Source of the DNA: Obrimoposthia wandeli
Taxonomy: Eukaryota
Length of the DNA: 64,000 nt
Assembly: GCA_977020255.1 (NCBI GenBank)
Contig: CDROCS010000550.1
Span: 186,001-250,000 of the forward strand
Direction: 5' to 3'
Shown here piece after piece: positions 48,601-63,660 of the stretch (positions are counted from its first letter, which is position 1; every line of letters begins with the position of its first letter). The notes under the pieces are model-generated. The model had not been told where the DNA came from and did no database searches. It saw only the letters and a program-made list of their open reading frames with translations. The translations under genes were made by a program, and so were the position numbers.

Positions 48601-51600
48601 ATTAGGAAAGATTACACATTGATGTGTCTTAGAATCAGTGCAAATCTCTGAATTGCATCTGCCATACTTAAATATTGAAATAAATGGAGTAATTCTTTAA
48701 CTGATTTTCTTAATACTTTATATTCTACTTTCAAAAATTTTAAAAATGTAACTAAAAATCTGGTTTATCGCAAAAATGTAATAACAGTTTTATTTATTCA
48801 TTGCATATCTTCACAATTCAATATTTCTCTTCAAGAACAATTTAATATCAGTATCTGTATTGAAGAGGTAAAATATGTCATACATAGTGAATATTTCACA
48901 TTTTCTACACAAAAGTCTCTAATTTTTGCTATCGTTAATTAACGAAGTTGTACGTGAGACAATGCCTGAGAATTTGGCTAGTTCCGATTTTTCATTACAA
49001 AGTCTCAACTTTTGAGGCGAAAATTCGTGTTATTTTTCAACTTGGCTAACCAAGTTTAATATTCATTAGTGGTTTTTGGCATTAATTTTTATGCATTTAT
49101 TTAAAGTAACGATAAGAAATTTAGAAGATCTCATAGTATTTATTTACTATCATATATTGAATTCTAATTGAATTTATTATTAATAAAAAAATTAATTTAT
49201 TTTATTTTTCCAATAAACAGAAACTAGATCTTTAAGTAACTAATAATCAAAAATAAACACAAGTTAGTAAAAATAAGAACATAATTATCTCCACGAGTGA
49301 TTTTTTGATTTGCTTTAGTTATCACAAAACTATTTGTAATTGTTTAATTCTCTAAGTTAGCCTTTGACGAATTTGAATGATCCAAAGGGGTTCTAAATTT
49401 AAGTAAAAATGAAGATGGCTTACAAATTACAAATTTGTTATATGACACAATTTCTTGATAAGTTACTGTATTGGCAAAAATAATTAAGAAACACCATTTT
49501 TCTTCATTAGGTAGAAGATACCCTTAAAAGTAGTACTTGACAGTTTTGGAAAGATGTATGAAGATACAAATAGAAGAATGATACCCAGAAAGAAATGGTA
49601 TATTTAAGCATTATGGATTTCTTTACCATACAACCGAGATTATATCTATCAGGAAGACAATAGTGCAATAAGAATAGCCTAGACCTACTCCCTTGAAAAT
49701 CATTAACATGAGGAAGTATTTTGTTGAAAACCTGAAAATGTAATAAAAAAACAGCAGCTTATATCAAGAATCCTTTATTGGTGCTGATATTCACGATTTA
49801 TTACAAACTCATCGAATCAATGCCTCCTAGGAAGCACAGCAAAAGTAAGCACTGAAATAATATCAATAGTTTACTGTTCATTTAATGTAAATATGCTTAT
49901 ATAGTGCATTTCTCTAATAATATCACAATTTTTAAATTCAAAGTGGGCCTCTGTTGAAGTAAATGCAAAATTTTACTTGAGTGCTTTTAAACAAAATTTT
50001 AAAATTGTCTTCATTAATTTTCCCAACACTGCTTAATTTTTTCCACACAGCACTTAATGTATTAGTGTCTTGATGCCACTCTAAGAGACATTTATCCCAA
50101 ATTCTGTTTAGGTAAAATAAATTGTCTAATCCTACTTGCCGATTTCCATAGGCCTCAAACTCAAGTGCGAGTCCAAAGCATTCGGTGGCCTGATGAACGT
50201 GAATGGGAGTTTTAAGTACTCTGACATGTTCTGCTCGGTACCCGGAAGATTGTCTTTGCTCAGCTCCACCTCCAAGTACAAGGTTTCCATTGGCGAAATT
50301 CAGCGTCGTCTGTCTCCCCCTGAATGTTTGAATGCGTCTCTACTGGGAGGTATTCTCAGACGGTGAGTGAACCAGGCATACATTTTCAATAACTGGGTCA
50401 ATAACTAAATTGATTTCAATGCATTATTTGGGTTAATTATGATAAAAATGTTATTGAAAACTATATAACTATCATACCCGAGAGCTTTCATCAAAGATAA
50501 TAATTTTGAAAAAATTAAAATAGTGTCAGAAATATCAATACATGATTTTTTATTTCTTTTACAAAATTTGAATTGAGATAATTGAGTTAACTTTATTTAA
50601 AATAAATATTCAGAGCTAAAAGCAAGAACGGGGGTCGATCCTTGAGAGACAAACTCGACAAAATCGGTCTGAATCTTCCAGCTGGAAGAAGAAAAGCAAC
50701 AGCTGTGACATTGTTAACATCATTAGTTGAAGGTAAGCAAACGTTTATGTTGATTTTTTATATACCCATACATTTAAAATCATAACAACTGAAACTTTAT
50801 CAACTGATAATCACAGATGTGAAATTTATGTCAAATAAATTATTAAAGAAAAACTATATTAAAATTATTTAATCAATTTTTGTTGTATATTTTTAATATC
50901 TTTTTAATATCTTTTTATTTTAGATAATTATAACAAACATGTTTAATTAAATCTTGTAAAATTTATATTGAAATAGTAATAAGTTTATTATAATGAAATA
51001 AGCTGAAATTAATTCAAATAAATAATAAATTCATCTGTTGTCATAACTACGTCAGATATTTAATGGTAAAGCTATACAATTATATTTCATTTAATTGAAA
51101 ATTTGTGGAGATGTTTATTAATAATTAAAAATAATGAAAAACGCTTTCTGACATTATGTATAAGATTTTAATTTAATTAGCAAGATAATGTCTCATCTCC
51201 GAGGGGTCACTAAAAAAATGGTTTCAAAAATAACATTGTATTAGGTCAATTCTAGTGCAAATTTTAAACAGAATAATGTACCTAAAACTTACTTAACCTC
51301 AAGAGTGTTTTACAAAGAATGCAGGTGTTTAGATTTCACTTTACAAACTTCAAATAATAATTTAATGAATAAAGATTATTTAGAAATAATTTTATAAAAA
51401 AAAGAACTGTAACTGAGTAATACAGTTCAATTCTTAATAAGTCACTATATACTGTTAATATGCATGGAATTTTTTTAAAACTGTTTTTTTTATTTTTAAT
51501 TTAACTGTATATGTTCAGTTGAAGCCGTATTATAATTTAAAAATTAAAAAGTGTTTAAAGAAATTTAATTTAACATAAGCAAATTAATAGTTCTTACAAG

Positions 51601-53748
51601 GAAACGTTTCGCACGGTCATAAAAAGAACTCAGTGAAATTTTAGTATATGATAAACATAATATATTGCAATATTAAAAATGTTGTTTAAGGTGCTATTTA
51701 TTTATAATAAAAAAGTGATATGTATTAAATTTTTATAAAATAAATTTTATGATTTGGTTTAATTGAAATAATTTAAATCAAAAAATTTAACCGCACTAGT
51801 TGAAATAGTGTTGCGAATTTTAAAATCCAATAGGAATTTGGTAAGGTTTTATTTTAAACTAATAACAATTTAATATTTCATTAAATTAATTTTTATTTGG
51901 TATTTATTCATATTATCACGTTAGTGTTTCTATAATTTAATATATTTAAACACATTTAAAAATGTATCACATAAATATTTCTTTCGATAACTTTTTATAT
52001 ACTGCAAACTAGCAGATAATGAAATTACTTTTATATGTAGAATTAATTTCATAATTTTTATGACACCTAAAGTACGTTTCCTTTTTTAGTTAAATGTGAA
52101 TTTTAGATAATAGTATATTTCCGTTACATTTGAAATATTAAAAACGCTTTATTTATAGGAGAAGCTGTCAGACTGGCCAGAGACTTCACATATTTGTGTG
52201 AAAACGAATTCCCGCATAGAGCTTGTGCCGAGTACATGTCAAGAAACATCAGCTCAGAAGTAAATCATCACGAAGCCAAAACTAAACGACAACAGATTCT
52301 CCAAACAAAGTAAGAGCAAAACTTTTATTGGCTTTAGAAAGTAACTTAAATGACATTATCTGATCTAGATCAGATTCATTTATATTGGGAGTATTTAGCT
52401 TCTTGTTGATGTTCTATTGGATAGCCAACCTATCGAGACCTCTACAGTATTTTTGGTTCCAGATTCTTAGTAATGCGAAAAATAATATATCTTCGAAATA
52501 TAAACTGATATTGTAGAATGTTTTGATTGTTTGTTATTATTTTCTATTTAAATATTCTAATACAAAGTCAATGGGAAATAATTTTATTCTATACAGTTTG
52601 CATAGTATTTCTGACTGCAGCCAAAGTTGAGCAGCAAATTAAATTATACAGCCGGAAAGGAAACATTCTACACAAATCAAGAGTCAAATATATCCCTCTC
52701 TAATTCAACTACAGCAATGAGGAGTATCATAAATGTTGAGTATGCTTCTTCTGGCCGCCTCGGTCATACTTTCTTATCGGTCTCACAATGAAATTAACAG
52801 CTATGATTTGATCAAAACTGATTATTCAGAACTGTATACTACAAATACTACAAACGTTCAAACAGAGTATCCGAGAAATTACGAATGAACTGGCCAATTT
52901 AATTACTGTCTTGAAAAAGATGCTCAGTACTCTGCGGATTTTTTTGTTGTGTCTTCTTTTGTAGATAAACGTTTTGGTAATAAATGAATTTATTCTCAAG
53001 TAAAATAAGACAAACTTCCACTTGAACTTCGAAGACGAAATTTTCAGAACAGTTTCATAATATTATGTTATTAGGATTCTAAAAAAATTGAAAGAACTTA
53101 ATCCTTATTTGAATAATGTTTCCAAACATAAATCACTGTGATATAGCATCATTTATTTTAAACAATATAAAACTAAATTTTCTCTTAAACACATTTTCTA
53201 TAATTAGTGCTAATATTTTTAAAATATTCAACTTTTAAAATATTTTTGTTTCTTAAAACTGACGATAATTTCGGAAAAAATCATGAAATTTCAATTTCTC
53301 AATAATAATTGAAACACATATTACTCATAATAATGAGCAGTACAAAACTGGAGCAACAAAATTTTACAATCTCAATTTCTACCTTACTTGCAGACAGATG
53401 TTGGCCGAGATTTGTGATCTACTGAATCGGGATCGAGCGCCACTGTGCAATACTCGGCCAGCTGTGATCCTAGAACCTGCAATGCAGCGGCATTTGACGA
53501 ATTTCAGTCTCATCACACACGGATTTGGGTCACCAACCATTGTTGCTGCCACAAATACAATCCAAGCAGTTCTCAGTGAAATGCTGAAGTGCATAGACTC
53601 TCCTTCCGCTGTTGTTGGAGGGACGGTGGCTGCTAAGGACAGCAACAATAACAGCGGTCCCGGAACCAAGATGTCAGGCGTCGTTAATGGCGGTGCAAGT
53701 CGAGGTCATCCAATTATCCATGGCAACAACAAGGACTCTACTAAGTGA
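45658..53748 (+). CDS. TFAP2: AP-2 family transcription factor; exons 45658-46596, 48241-48310, 50152-50362, 50614-50732, 52159-52309, 53394-53748 (614 aa)
   Basis: PY motif EPPFYPPP; [20 protein letters not shown]...[49 protein letters not shown]...[13 protein letters not shown]...; helix-span-helix [14 protein letters not shown]. All introns GT-AG; phases join to 1845 nt. Confidence 0.97.
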
Positions 53749-56559
53749 ATACGACAAACGAGATAGAGAGAAAATCCCGATATCACCTCAAAATGAGCAT
53801 GTCTCTGTAAATATAATCACCGAATAACTGCGGCTTCCAGTCTTATTCATTGATCTCCAATGCTGTTCATTTACATGTACTTTGTGACACAAAGTTTCTT
53901 GAAAGAAGCTAAATGTATTCAATATAACCAGATAACAAGCCACATGGAAAGTTTCTTGTATTAATTAACATGGCATTATCTAAAGTTTTTTCATAACCAG
54001 TCATACGTTTGATATCCATAATATCAGTACTTTCGTTCTTTCTTTCTGCATTTGTATTTTCTTTTTATTTTCGATAATCATATAGTTAAGAGCTTCGGGT
54101 TTGAGTTTTCTCCGTATGATTTAAATTTGGCTAATTCAATTTATTTCTGTTTGCATTTCGCTAATTAGTAAACTAATAAGCTAGCTAATTAGTTATTCAG
54201 AAAATTTTGAATTTGAATATCTTTAATTAATAAATAGTTCTTAAGTCATTCATAACATTCCTACATTTAGAACACTTTTTATATGAAATAATGTATACTA
54301 TATTTATTTATTAAATGAAAAATCCAGCATATTTAACTATCATTTAACAATTTACTCAAAGAAACCATTTTCCATGAAAATTTTTAAATTAACGAAAGCT
54401 GTTGGTGGTTAACAGAAGATTTTCTCGAATTTACGGACAGGTTGATCAATTTAATTTTAACTCTACACATCCGTTCATGTTCATTCAGAATCTGTTTATG
54501 TTTACTAAAAGCCATTTGGAAGTTACTTTAATAATATATTCTTAATAATATAATTAAAATTCACAAAACTTTTATAAAACTACTACAACATTACACTCTA
54601 AAGTGCAACGATCGTTCAAATAGGGGCGTTTTTTGGCCAAAATTAAAACATAATTTGAATTTTATTAATTACAGATTAAGCAAACTTCTTAATCAGCAAA
54701 TAGTCATCAACTAGAGTAGTTAAGATGCTTCATAGTTCAAAATTTACGTTAAATATTCTAATAAACTTCAACATAGTCTTGAGAAGGCTTTTGAAAAGTT
54801 TTTAAGCATTTATAATTTATAAGTAATTTAATTTTATAAAATATTTGTTTTAATTTTATTTTTCTCCTTTTGCATTGTTTCATAATGATTACTATTCTTG
54901 CAAATCTGAAAATAAAATGGTAAATTGCTATTAAACATAGGCACTAAACTATGCACTCGATTCTTGGAACATTTAGAATTAAAAATTGGAAATTTTCATT
55001 TACCATTCCATACGAATATTTTTAATTTGTAAAATTAGTTATTTATCTGTTGAGGTTAGAGATTACACATTGTAGGGAAGCCTCTAAATCGTGAGCAATT
55101 AAAGAACATGTCTTACTGAAGAGCCTACCTTGATTCAAGTCTGAAATCTAAAGGAAAATTGGTCGATTGGCATGCACGATCTATTCTCAATGGAACCACA
55201 GAACACTCCACACGCGTCTCCTTAATGAACTCAATGGCTACGAAAGCAGGGGTTTCTTATATAAACTAACAAATTCATCAACAAACTTGCATTATTACAT
55301 AATTGCTGATTAAGATATATCTGTTACATAAAACTAAAAATGTCGCCAAATAATATACAAAAAAATCGACAAAAATACCGCGTTGGGTTAGTGCAATTTG
55401 GTTACTTTAAATTCGTGGCTCGGATCGTATCACCTCCATAAGTTTATATCAATATAAAAATGTAATATTCCAATTTAATGATTACCCTAAATTTACGGGT
55501 AAACACAACGGGCTTTATAAAGTAAAAATACTACAATTAAAAAATGTTGCGAACTATATACAGAAATTGATATAAAAAACCAAAATATAATAATTTATTC
55601 ATCGAGTTCTATAATTTAAGATTCAACTAAAATCATTCATCAATCTCAAAAATGACTCCAGTAATACCTCATCACGATCACTTTCATTTGTTGGGACTAG
55701 AGTTATTTCACGTCTTAACGATATAGGACTCGCGTGGAAGGCCTATCCTATGTAATCTCAATTTCTGAAGGTTGGTTTTGCATTTGTCGTGTAGATATAT
55801 GTATTTTAAGCTCAATAAGTTTATTTTAGGAGTATCAGAAGTATGCTTCACTAAGCAGGTATACAGAAAATATAAAACTAAAACTTAATTTACATTGCCC
55901 AATCTACACACAGGTGGCCAACTTAATTACGACAAAAGTCAGTTGCAAAACAAGTTCATTCAAATAGCGTTTACAAAAACTGGTAAATTCCATTAAGGTA
56001 ACACTTAGAATCCACAATAATTTCGCACAATTCAAAACAATATTTTGAGAAATACAAGCAATAAATGTTTGTCAATTCAAAGAGTAAAAATAGTGTAAAA
56101 ATCCTAAATCATATTTGCATGCCTTTTAATTTACAAAAAATGCAACCATTACAGGTCGATGAGTTTATCTTTTACAATTTATGATACAAACAATATTGAA
56201 AATAAAGAATTTTATCTTACATATTTGGTCTTCCGTAGAGCTCAATTAACCAAACTATTCACTTTCAGTTTTCAAAATTCAATTTTGGTTTCAGTAATAA
56301 AATTTCGGTTTTCTTAATTCAAAATCTGACTTGCTACTGCCCTGCATTGAGCTCTTATAAGGAACAGTCAGAATGTGCATCGACTTAGGTAAATTCAATT
56401 TCGAATTCTCCTCCGCTCTTGTCTCACTGTCGGCCTCCTAATTTCTTATTTTTCTGCTTCAGTGACTAAGTCAGTCCCAGAATTTCATCCACTAAATTTG
56501 ACTGATAAACCTTCGAGAATCCCCGTGGTGTCTCAGGTAACTTTATTAGTAATTGTTTT

Positions 56560-57420
56560 AAAGGTCACTTGAGGTTAAGTAACTCTTGTTGGGCAATTTA
56601 GAGTTACTTAACTCTCACTTAATGTCATTTTCAACTCTAATTTCAACTTAAGGTCACTGTTATGTTTTTGGCCATGACCATAAACATAGCCAATTTTATT
56701 TAATGTTCTATTTAATTGTCCGTTTCTGAACCTCAACATAAGGATATCCACTTATCAACCAATCCTCTCATTCCTGATTGATTTTTTATTTAATGCTTGT
56801 TAGCCGAAATATTTAGTGGTTGACACAATTTATTCCTATTACCAGGAATTACAACAATAATATATAGAGGAAGCTCATAATCTAAAATTAGGAGCTATTT
56901 AGGTCTGAAAAGCACGATAGGCCGCTTGATCCAAACTTCACATATTCATTACTTTAAAACAACTCTTTTTATATGTCCCTTTTCATTTGCATAGATGACT
57001 ATTCCATGTGAATACTTATCATGTGGAATAGTTTTACGCTTAAAATTAGCCTTCTTCAAATACATTTTAAAATATTCAAACTTTTCTTTTTAGTTATCCA
57101 GCAGTTTGTTTGCCGTTACGCAATAAAATATTTCGATGAAAAAATTAAAACATCACTTTCAACAGGCTTTTCAACTTTTAACTATTAATAGATAATTCTT
57201 TAGAAAATAGCTCTTACCCATTATTGTCCTCTTTTTAAAGTATTAAGTGCCTTTAGCAAATATTGCTGGTGACTTCACTGTTTGACGTTTTTTCCTTTGA
57301 CGTCAGAAAATCTTTCAGTCCCTCCGTTACCTTGGCATATTCAATTATCTTCAGTTTCTTGGCGGCCATATACGAATATCTTCTGTTCTTGGTTAATAAA
57401 AATTGATTTGAAATATAATA
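56560..57420 (-). pseudogene. Degraded pogo-superfamily transposase (Brinker-like DBD and DDE_1 remnants)
   Basis: RRYSYMAAKKLKIIEYAK; IVVIPGNRNKLCQPLNISANK resembles VIPGGLTSQLQPLDVSVNK; EDWL motif. Confidence 0.55.
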
Positions 57421-60165
57421 GATAAAATCTAATTTCATATAGTATATATAATTAATCATAATAACTGTATAAAATAAGAATTTGTAAATAAAATAATGAT
57501 CTTTATGTCTGCAGACTATACCCAGAAATATAGGGTACTTTAAGTTGATATATAAGTATACAATATATTTCGGTTGAAGGTATGTATATGCTCACTGTTG
57601 TATAATTCTCTGTTAGGTTCAATAAGAATGTCGTCAGCTGATAGATAACTAGATTGTCTTGGTTCAGCAAAGGCAATTTCGTTTACGTAGTTGTAATTTG
57701 TTCACAAATGTCGCTTACTCAATTTACCAATGATTGCTTCTATTTCTTCTTTCAATTATCAATTTTTGTGTCTCTTTTCCAATGGTGGCGTTGTTTTTTA
57801 CGTTCAGAGAACTCTATTCTGATTTGCTGTTGCTACTATTCTTCTGTGGCCAATATCCTAATCGCTTACTTTCTGTTTCTTCTCTTATTGACTTTACTGT
57901 GACTAATGCAGTCACAATTAGTATCAGATCTTGTGATATCTATTAAAAATGTCAGCTTGCATTAGGTGACTCGGGCTAACATAGTCAGACTAAGGTTACC
58001 TAAGGTTAATTAACTCTATTTTAGACATTTACACTTCGTTCTCGACACATTATTCAACACTTAATTCTATTTAAATTTCACCGTGTCCTTGGTGAGGACT
58101 ATAAATATTAGCGATTTTATATATGTTTTCTTAATTATTTTGTCAATTTCTGAACTTTTTAACAAGCTACGAATACTTAAAAGCTTATAATTGAATTTCC
58201 GCTTTAATAGCTAGATATGGAACTTTGAGATAATGTGTAAGTATCTTTCAGATATTCGACAGATACCGACAGATCTTTGATAAATTCCTCAAATTACGAC
58301 ATATCTGACCTAGTTAAATAATTAAGCAATATCTAAGACATCACAAACGTCTTGATTACCAAAATATCCTTGATTATCTCTCAATGAACATTCAAATTAA
58401 CGCAGTTAATCAAATAGATCAATTTGAAATAACCTTTGTCACAGATTCGTTTCATTCTTCTAGAAAAATCCAAGTATGTGTGTATATGACATATATGATA
58501 ATATGCGGTATAGTTTTTCATGGTTTGTTTAATGATCTATGTGCTACATCACAATCTTCCTTTTATAAATCTAAATTATAGTATTATTTAAACTTTCAAA
58601 ATTGAGGAAATTATTTTAAAAATAATTCAGCATCATATTCTCCTTTTCACTTCTCCACATTGATAATTGCTAATAGTGCATTCTTGTATAAGCACAACTT
58701 CGGCAGTTTACTATTAATTTGTCTTTATTTTAACATATTTGTATATTGTATTTTGAAAACAAACTCCTCTTAATTGTAAGTAACATGAAATAAAATATAT
58801 TTACAACTCAAAGAACATTGAAAAAGAATAAATTACGTTAATCCATTTTAAAGTCTCTAATTCTAAGATTAGATTTCAATAAAAATAGAGTTGTAATTAA
58901 AAACTATTATTAGTAGCTGAATTTTATATAAGATGTTTTCGTTTAAATTAAATATTATCAAAATACTGTAAAATGAAAGAAAATCAATAAAAACACCAAG
59001 TTAAAAAGTAAAGTTTACAAATAAACGGACGAAAATTAATATGTTTTAAATGAGTATTAACATAGACATTATTCAATTAGCCATATCCACAGTTAAGTAA
59101 CTAGAAATTTCTGGTTAAGATTTTAACAAAAATAATATCTTGCATCACTTGCTGACACAAAATATCTTATAAATCTTAATATTAGAAGATAAAAATTCTT
59201 AAAAGTCCGAAACGTCCGCACACCGTTTATAAGTTTTTTTAAATTTTAATGCCCAAATGATTTACTTTTTCATGAAGATTTTCCATAAGTTTTAAATTAG
59301 CATCAGACTATTTTGTGTATGTCTCACTTTGTTTTTGGGCATTTGCTGTTGACCAGTTTTACAGTGACTGAATTTTATCGTCAATCTCTTCAAGCGTTTT
59401 TCTTGCTGTTTACATTCTTTCTTGCACCTTTTTAACGAAATGGCTTAAACAATGAAACTGCTATAATTTACGTTCATATTGTCGTATGTATTTAGATTTT
59501 CAAACCCATCAGCGTCATTTATAACGTGTTTTTCTGGTTGAAATTTTGATGAAATATCGGAAACGTTTTCTAACTATTCTTCAATTTGTTTATGTTTTTC
59601 TACATTTTTCTATAAAGTTTTCATATTTATGTAATAGATTCTTTACTCAAATAATCATTTTTATCAATTTCTTTATTGCAATATTTGCGTTTATAAAAAG
59701 ATTTTTCGATCTGTTTGAAAATTTCAACGTTATGTGAATTTAAAATTTTGACTTAGTAACGCTGAAATATTATATTTGGAATGTTGTACATACTTTCACA
59801 CTTTCTTTTTTATTAAATGTATAAAGGATGCCTAAGCTAAAGTTTCATTTTTAAAAATATGTACATATTTTTGCGTTGACTTGTTCTCTTATCTTTCTAG
59901 TCTATGTAGTGCAGAGCGGTTAATGTATTGAGTACTTGAATAAATATATGTTGTTTAGTAAATATTTTATAAGCAATTATTTATTCTTGTATTTTAAGTC
60001 AATAACCATTTATATTGCTACTCAAAGTGGTGGCTCTCAAACCGGCAGCGGGTCGAGCAAATATCTTTAAATGGTCTGTGACAAGATGCCGATTAGAAAA
60101 ATTTGCTAATACTTATTCGACATAAAGATATAAAAGAAGACTTTTTTAAAATTATTTTACAGGTA

Positions 60166-60344
60166 CAGTAATTATTCACCTGTAAGGGTATTCATTAAAA
60201 CATGTTTTTGAGAGAGACCGACACCGAATCACTTATAGATGCATTATTTAAAAGCTTGGAAAGGTACTATTATAGGTGAAGTGTGAAATTTTCGGTGACC
60301 GGACACCCTTATAGGTGGGACCCCTTATAAATGAATAATTACTG
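60166..60344. mobile_element. 179-bp MITE of the Tc1/mariner/pogo type
   Basis: TIRs CAGTAATTATTCA...AAGGG / CCCTT...TGAATAATTACTG flanked by TA on both sides. Confidence 0.8.
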
Positions 60345-60772
60345 TATTCTTTATGCTCACCAATTTTATCTCTTAAACAAGTAAATATAGTCAGTCATCA
60401 TTCGGACGGGTATGAACAATCACAATTGACTGAAATTACACAGTCATTAAGTTATTTAAAAAGATTTTGTTGTAAAAGTAACTTATATTTTGCGAGATAA
60501 TGCATTTTGAATTTTAATTAAACCTTTGTTGAAAAGTTAAAAAAAATATTTTGTGAAAGAAAATTATCAGAAGTTTTTTTGTAAAATAGATTTTGCATTC
60601 AAATTTATAGATGGTAAACCGAGAACCTATGGGTCAGAGGCATCACCCACGCGAAGCACAGGAGAGCACATACCTACTCAAGAATTTACAGAATTGTAAA
60701 ATCAATTTTTGATTTGACGACTTAGTTTTGTTATTACATAGCTGTAGGGCCTTAATTGCATCATTGCAGAAA

Positions 60773-61845
60773 TGTAACATTATCAATTGGCAACGGAACA
60801 TAATAGATTAATCCAGTAAAATTATAAGATTTGGAGATCAGGAAGAATAAAGAACCGATGCAGCAAAAATCACAGATTTAAAAATAATATCCATGTGTTG
60901 TTACAAATTCAAATTAGCACTCAAATATATATTCACAATATCCAAACAACAACAATTAATACACAATACATCTACATCTCCCCTTCTAAACTGTGTCCCG
61001 ATATCTGGTATTTGGTATTCTTATTCTCATCAGTTATCGCCTAGAGTGTGATGCTTCTGTCTCATCAGTTGTTTGCGCTCTGCTTGGAGAATGATTTGTT
61101 GAACTGATAATAGATTCTGTAGCTGTGTTTGCGTTCCGGTATGATCCTTTGAATAGTTTTATCTGGTGAATATTTCACAATATAACTTTCCGATTTGATT
61201 GAAGTTTAAGATTGTCAAACGACAGTAAGCTAATAACCGTCCATGGTCCTGAGGATCGTTTGGAATATACTCCTTTTCAATCAGTTTAACCATAACCAAA
61301 TCACCTACTTTAACTGGTTGACCATCGTATTGTTTCTCTTCAATAATTGGTAGCTTACCCCTCTTATATTGAATTATTTAAGATTTTCCTATGAATCTCT
61401 CATATTCTCACTATCTTACAATATTTATCTTTGGGTTTAAATTCATTTCACAACCGAATGTTATATCAAAGGGCGATAATCCATACTTTTTGGATTTTGT
61501 AGATTTCATTGACATTTCGACAAACGAGAGTTTTTACCCAACTTTTCTAACTAGATTTACAGCTCATAAATAACTTATCTTTCATTGTTCTAAACACTCT
61601 TTCAATAAGACCGTTACTCTCGTGATGATATGGTGCCGAAAAAATTTGTGGAATCGGAAATAATTTGCATAATTCTTCCAAAATTGAGGATTTGAATTGA
61701 GTTCCATTGTCGCTGTGAATAATCTTTGGTATACCAAAATACGATATCCAACGTGTTGTCAGAACTTCTGCGATTGTTTGCGCCGTTATATTTTTAATAG
61801 GTATTGAGTATATCTTTCATGAACCATGGTTATCATAAACCTACA
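60773..61845 (-). mobile_element. 3' end of a Ty3/gypsy element: integrase remnant, PPT and ~200-bp LTR (60773-60976)
   Basis: RWISYFGIPKIIHSDNGTQF...APYHHESNGLIERVFRTMK; PPT AGAAGGGGAGA abutting a TGT...ACA LTR. Confidence 0.85.
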
Positions 61846-62109
61846 AAATATGATGGTAAAATGATTTAGAAGATTTTATGAAGTAATACAAATGGTATTA
61901 TACAGTATTGGCTATAATCATTGCACTTATTATATAAAATTATGAAATCATATATAAGTATCTTAGAAATATCCACTTTGTTGGTTTGACGTTTTGTTTG
62001 AATATTCTATAATCGGTAAAACGGCAGAATTCAAAATATATCTTGCTCCAAGCCATCTTGTATTTGAATTTGACAATACAATTGATAACTTGTTTTATTA
62101 AAACTATAT

Positions 62110-62745
62110 TCAATAAATAATTAGAAACGTGATAAAGTACTATGTTTTATATAAAATTCCTTATTTTGAGTAAAAAATCCCTTTGAAGAAAAGACCTCGA
62201 ATTATGCGTGGTCATAATTATTGCACGATTTTTATTTAAAAGAAAATCAAAGAAATAAAATGAAAACATTTGAATCCGTGTTTTAAGATATTTCATAATA
62301 CTTTGTTTGGTAGTCGTTTGAAGCTCTTGTGTCACTAAGACATCGAGGTAGAGATGCATAATGTTTATTTATTGAATTATTCAAAAAAATCTATTCCTGG
62401 AAGATAGGACATCTTAAGACAATTTTAGATCGCACACGAATTTTCAATTATGTCAAAGTTTGGTGATTCGATGGGCTAATCATACATTAACATAACCTAC
62501 GGATTTTAAAATAATTCATAATTGAAGCAGATGTATGGTAACTAGTGTTCTCTTGCGTAAAAACGTTATTTACATCGTAAAGGTTATTGATTCCGAGTTC
62601 TAAAACACAAATGTATTTTGTGGAATCGAACTTAATCAGACATTCCACTAAGGTTCATTAACCGTCTTCTTTGCTAGCACACATACCATAATCACGAATT
62701 TTGAATCATATCGATAAACAAATCTTTTGTTAATAAGTCATCTGA
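62110..62745 (-). pseudogene. Possible degraded Tc1-like transposase
   Basis: FTQENTSYHTS resembles FQQDNAPxHTS and ESPNFDIIEN resembles SPDLNPIEN, across frameshifts. Confidence 0.4.
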
Positions 62746-62914
62746 CTCATTTGTTAGGATTAGGATTTGATAAATTTTAAATAATTAATCTAATTTATAT
62801 CAAAATAAAATCCTTGAAAGCAAGGTTATAAATTAAATAAAATTTATATTGTTAAAATAAAATAGATGAAATTAAAAGGCAAATTAAATATTTAGGACCT
62901 TGAAAGGTCGTGTT

Positions 62915-63187
62915 AGTAGGTGGATGTGTCCGGTCTAATCCACACCCCCTCCCCCTACTGTCCTTTAAAACCGTGCATGTGTGTGGAATGAAATTTCGTG
63001 CAGGTGTGTAGAAAAATTTTTCCCCCTCCCAAACACTCAAAAAAATAATTAACTCCATATAACACCCTTTAAATTTAAAAATCTCATAATGCTCCCAAAA
63101 TTTTGATTAAGGTCCTGAGAGGCCGTAAAATTGGCCAAAGCGTGCCCTCCGGGCCCGCGGTGGATCAACGAGTAATACATACAGGCT
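62915..63187 (+). mobile_element. Isolated TIR fragment of Polinton family P2
   Basis: Starts AGTAGGTGGATG; inverted match to 1480-1770. Confidence 0.9.
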
Positions 63188-63190
63188 CAC

Positions 63191-63660
63191 TTGGATAAAG
63201 TTAAAAGTGAAGTTTTGATTGAATTGGATAAAGTTAAAAGTGAAGTTTTGATTTAAATTGGATAAAGTAAAAGTGAAGTTTTGATTTAAATTGGATAAAG
63301 TAAAAGTGAAGTTTTGATTGAATTGGATAAAGTTAAAAGTGAAGTTTTGATTTAAATTGGATAAAGTAAAAGTGAAGTTTTGATTAAATTGGATAAAGTT
63401 AAAAGTGAAATTTTGATTTAAATTGGATAAAGTAAAAGTGAAATTTTGATTGAATTGGATAAAGTTAAAAGTGAAGTTTTGATTAAATTGGATAAAGTTA
63501 AAAGTGAAATTTTGATTTGAATTGGATAAAGTTAAAAGTGAAAATTATCGTAGTTTTGATTTTTGATTTAGATAAAGTTAAACGTGAAGTTTTGATTTTT
63601 GAGTTGGATAAAGTTAAACGTGAAGTTTTGATTTTTGATTTGGATAAAGTTTAAACGCAA
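63191..63660. repeat. 33/34-bp tandem array TTGGATAAAGT(T)AAAAGTGAAGTTTTGATT(G/TA)AA (~14 units)
   Basis: Read directly from the sequence. Confidence 0.93.

Noticed and set aside
1771-62914. The two P2 termini as ends of one giant composite element
   Set aside because: They face away from the intervening DNA (element interiors point outward), and the flanks TATAGG and CGTGTT do not form a TSD.
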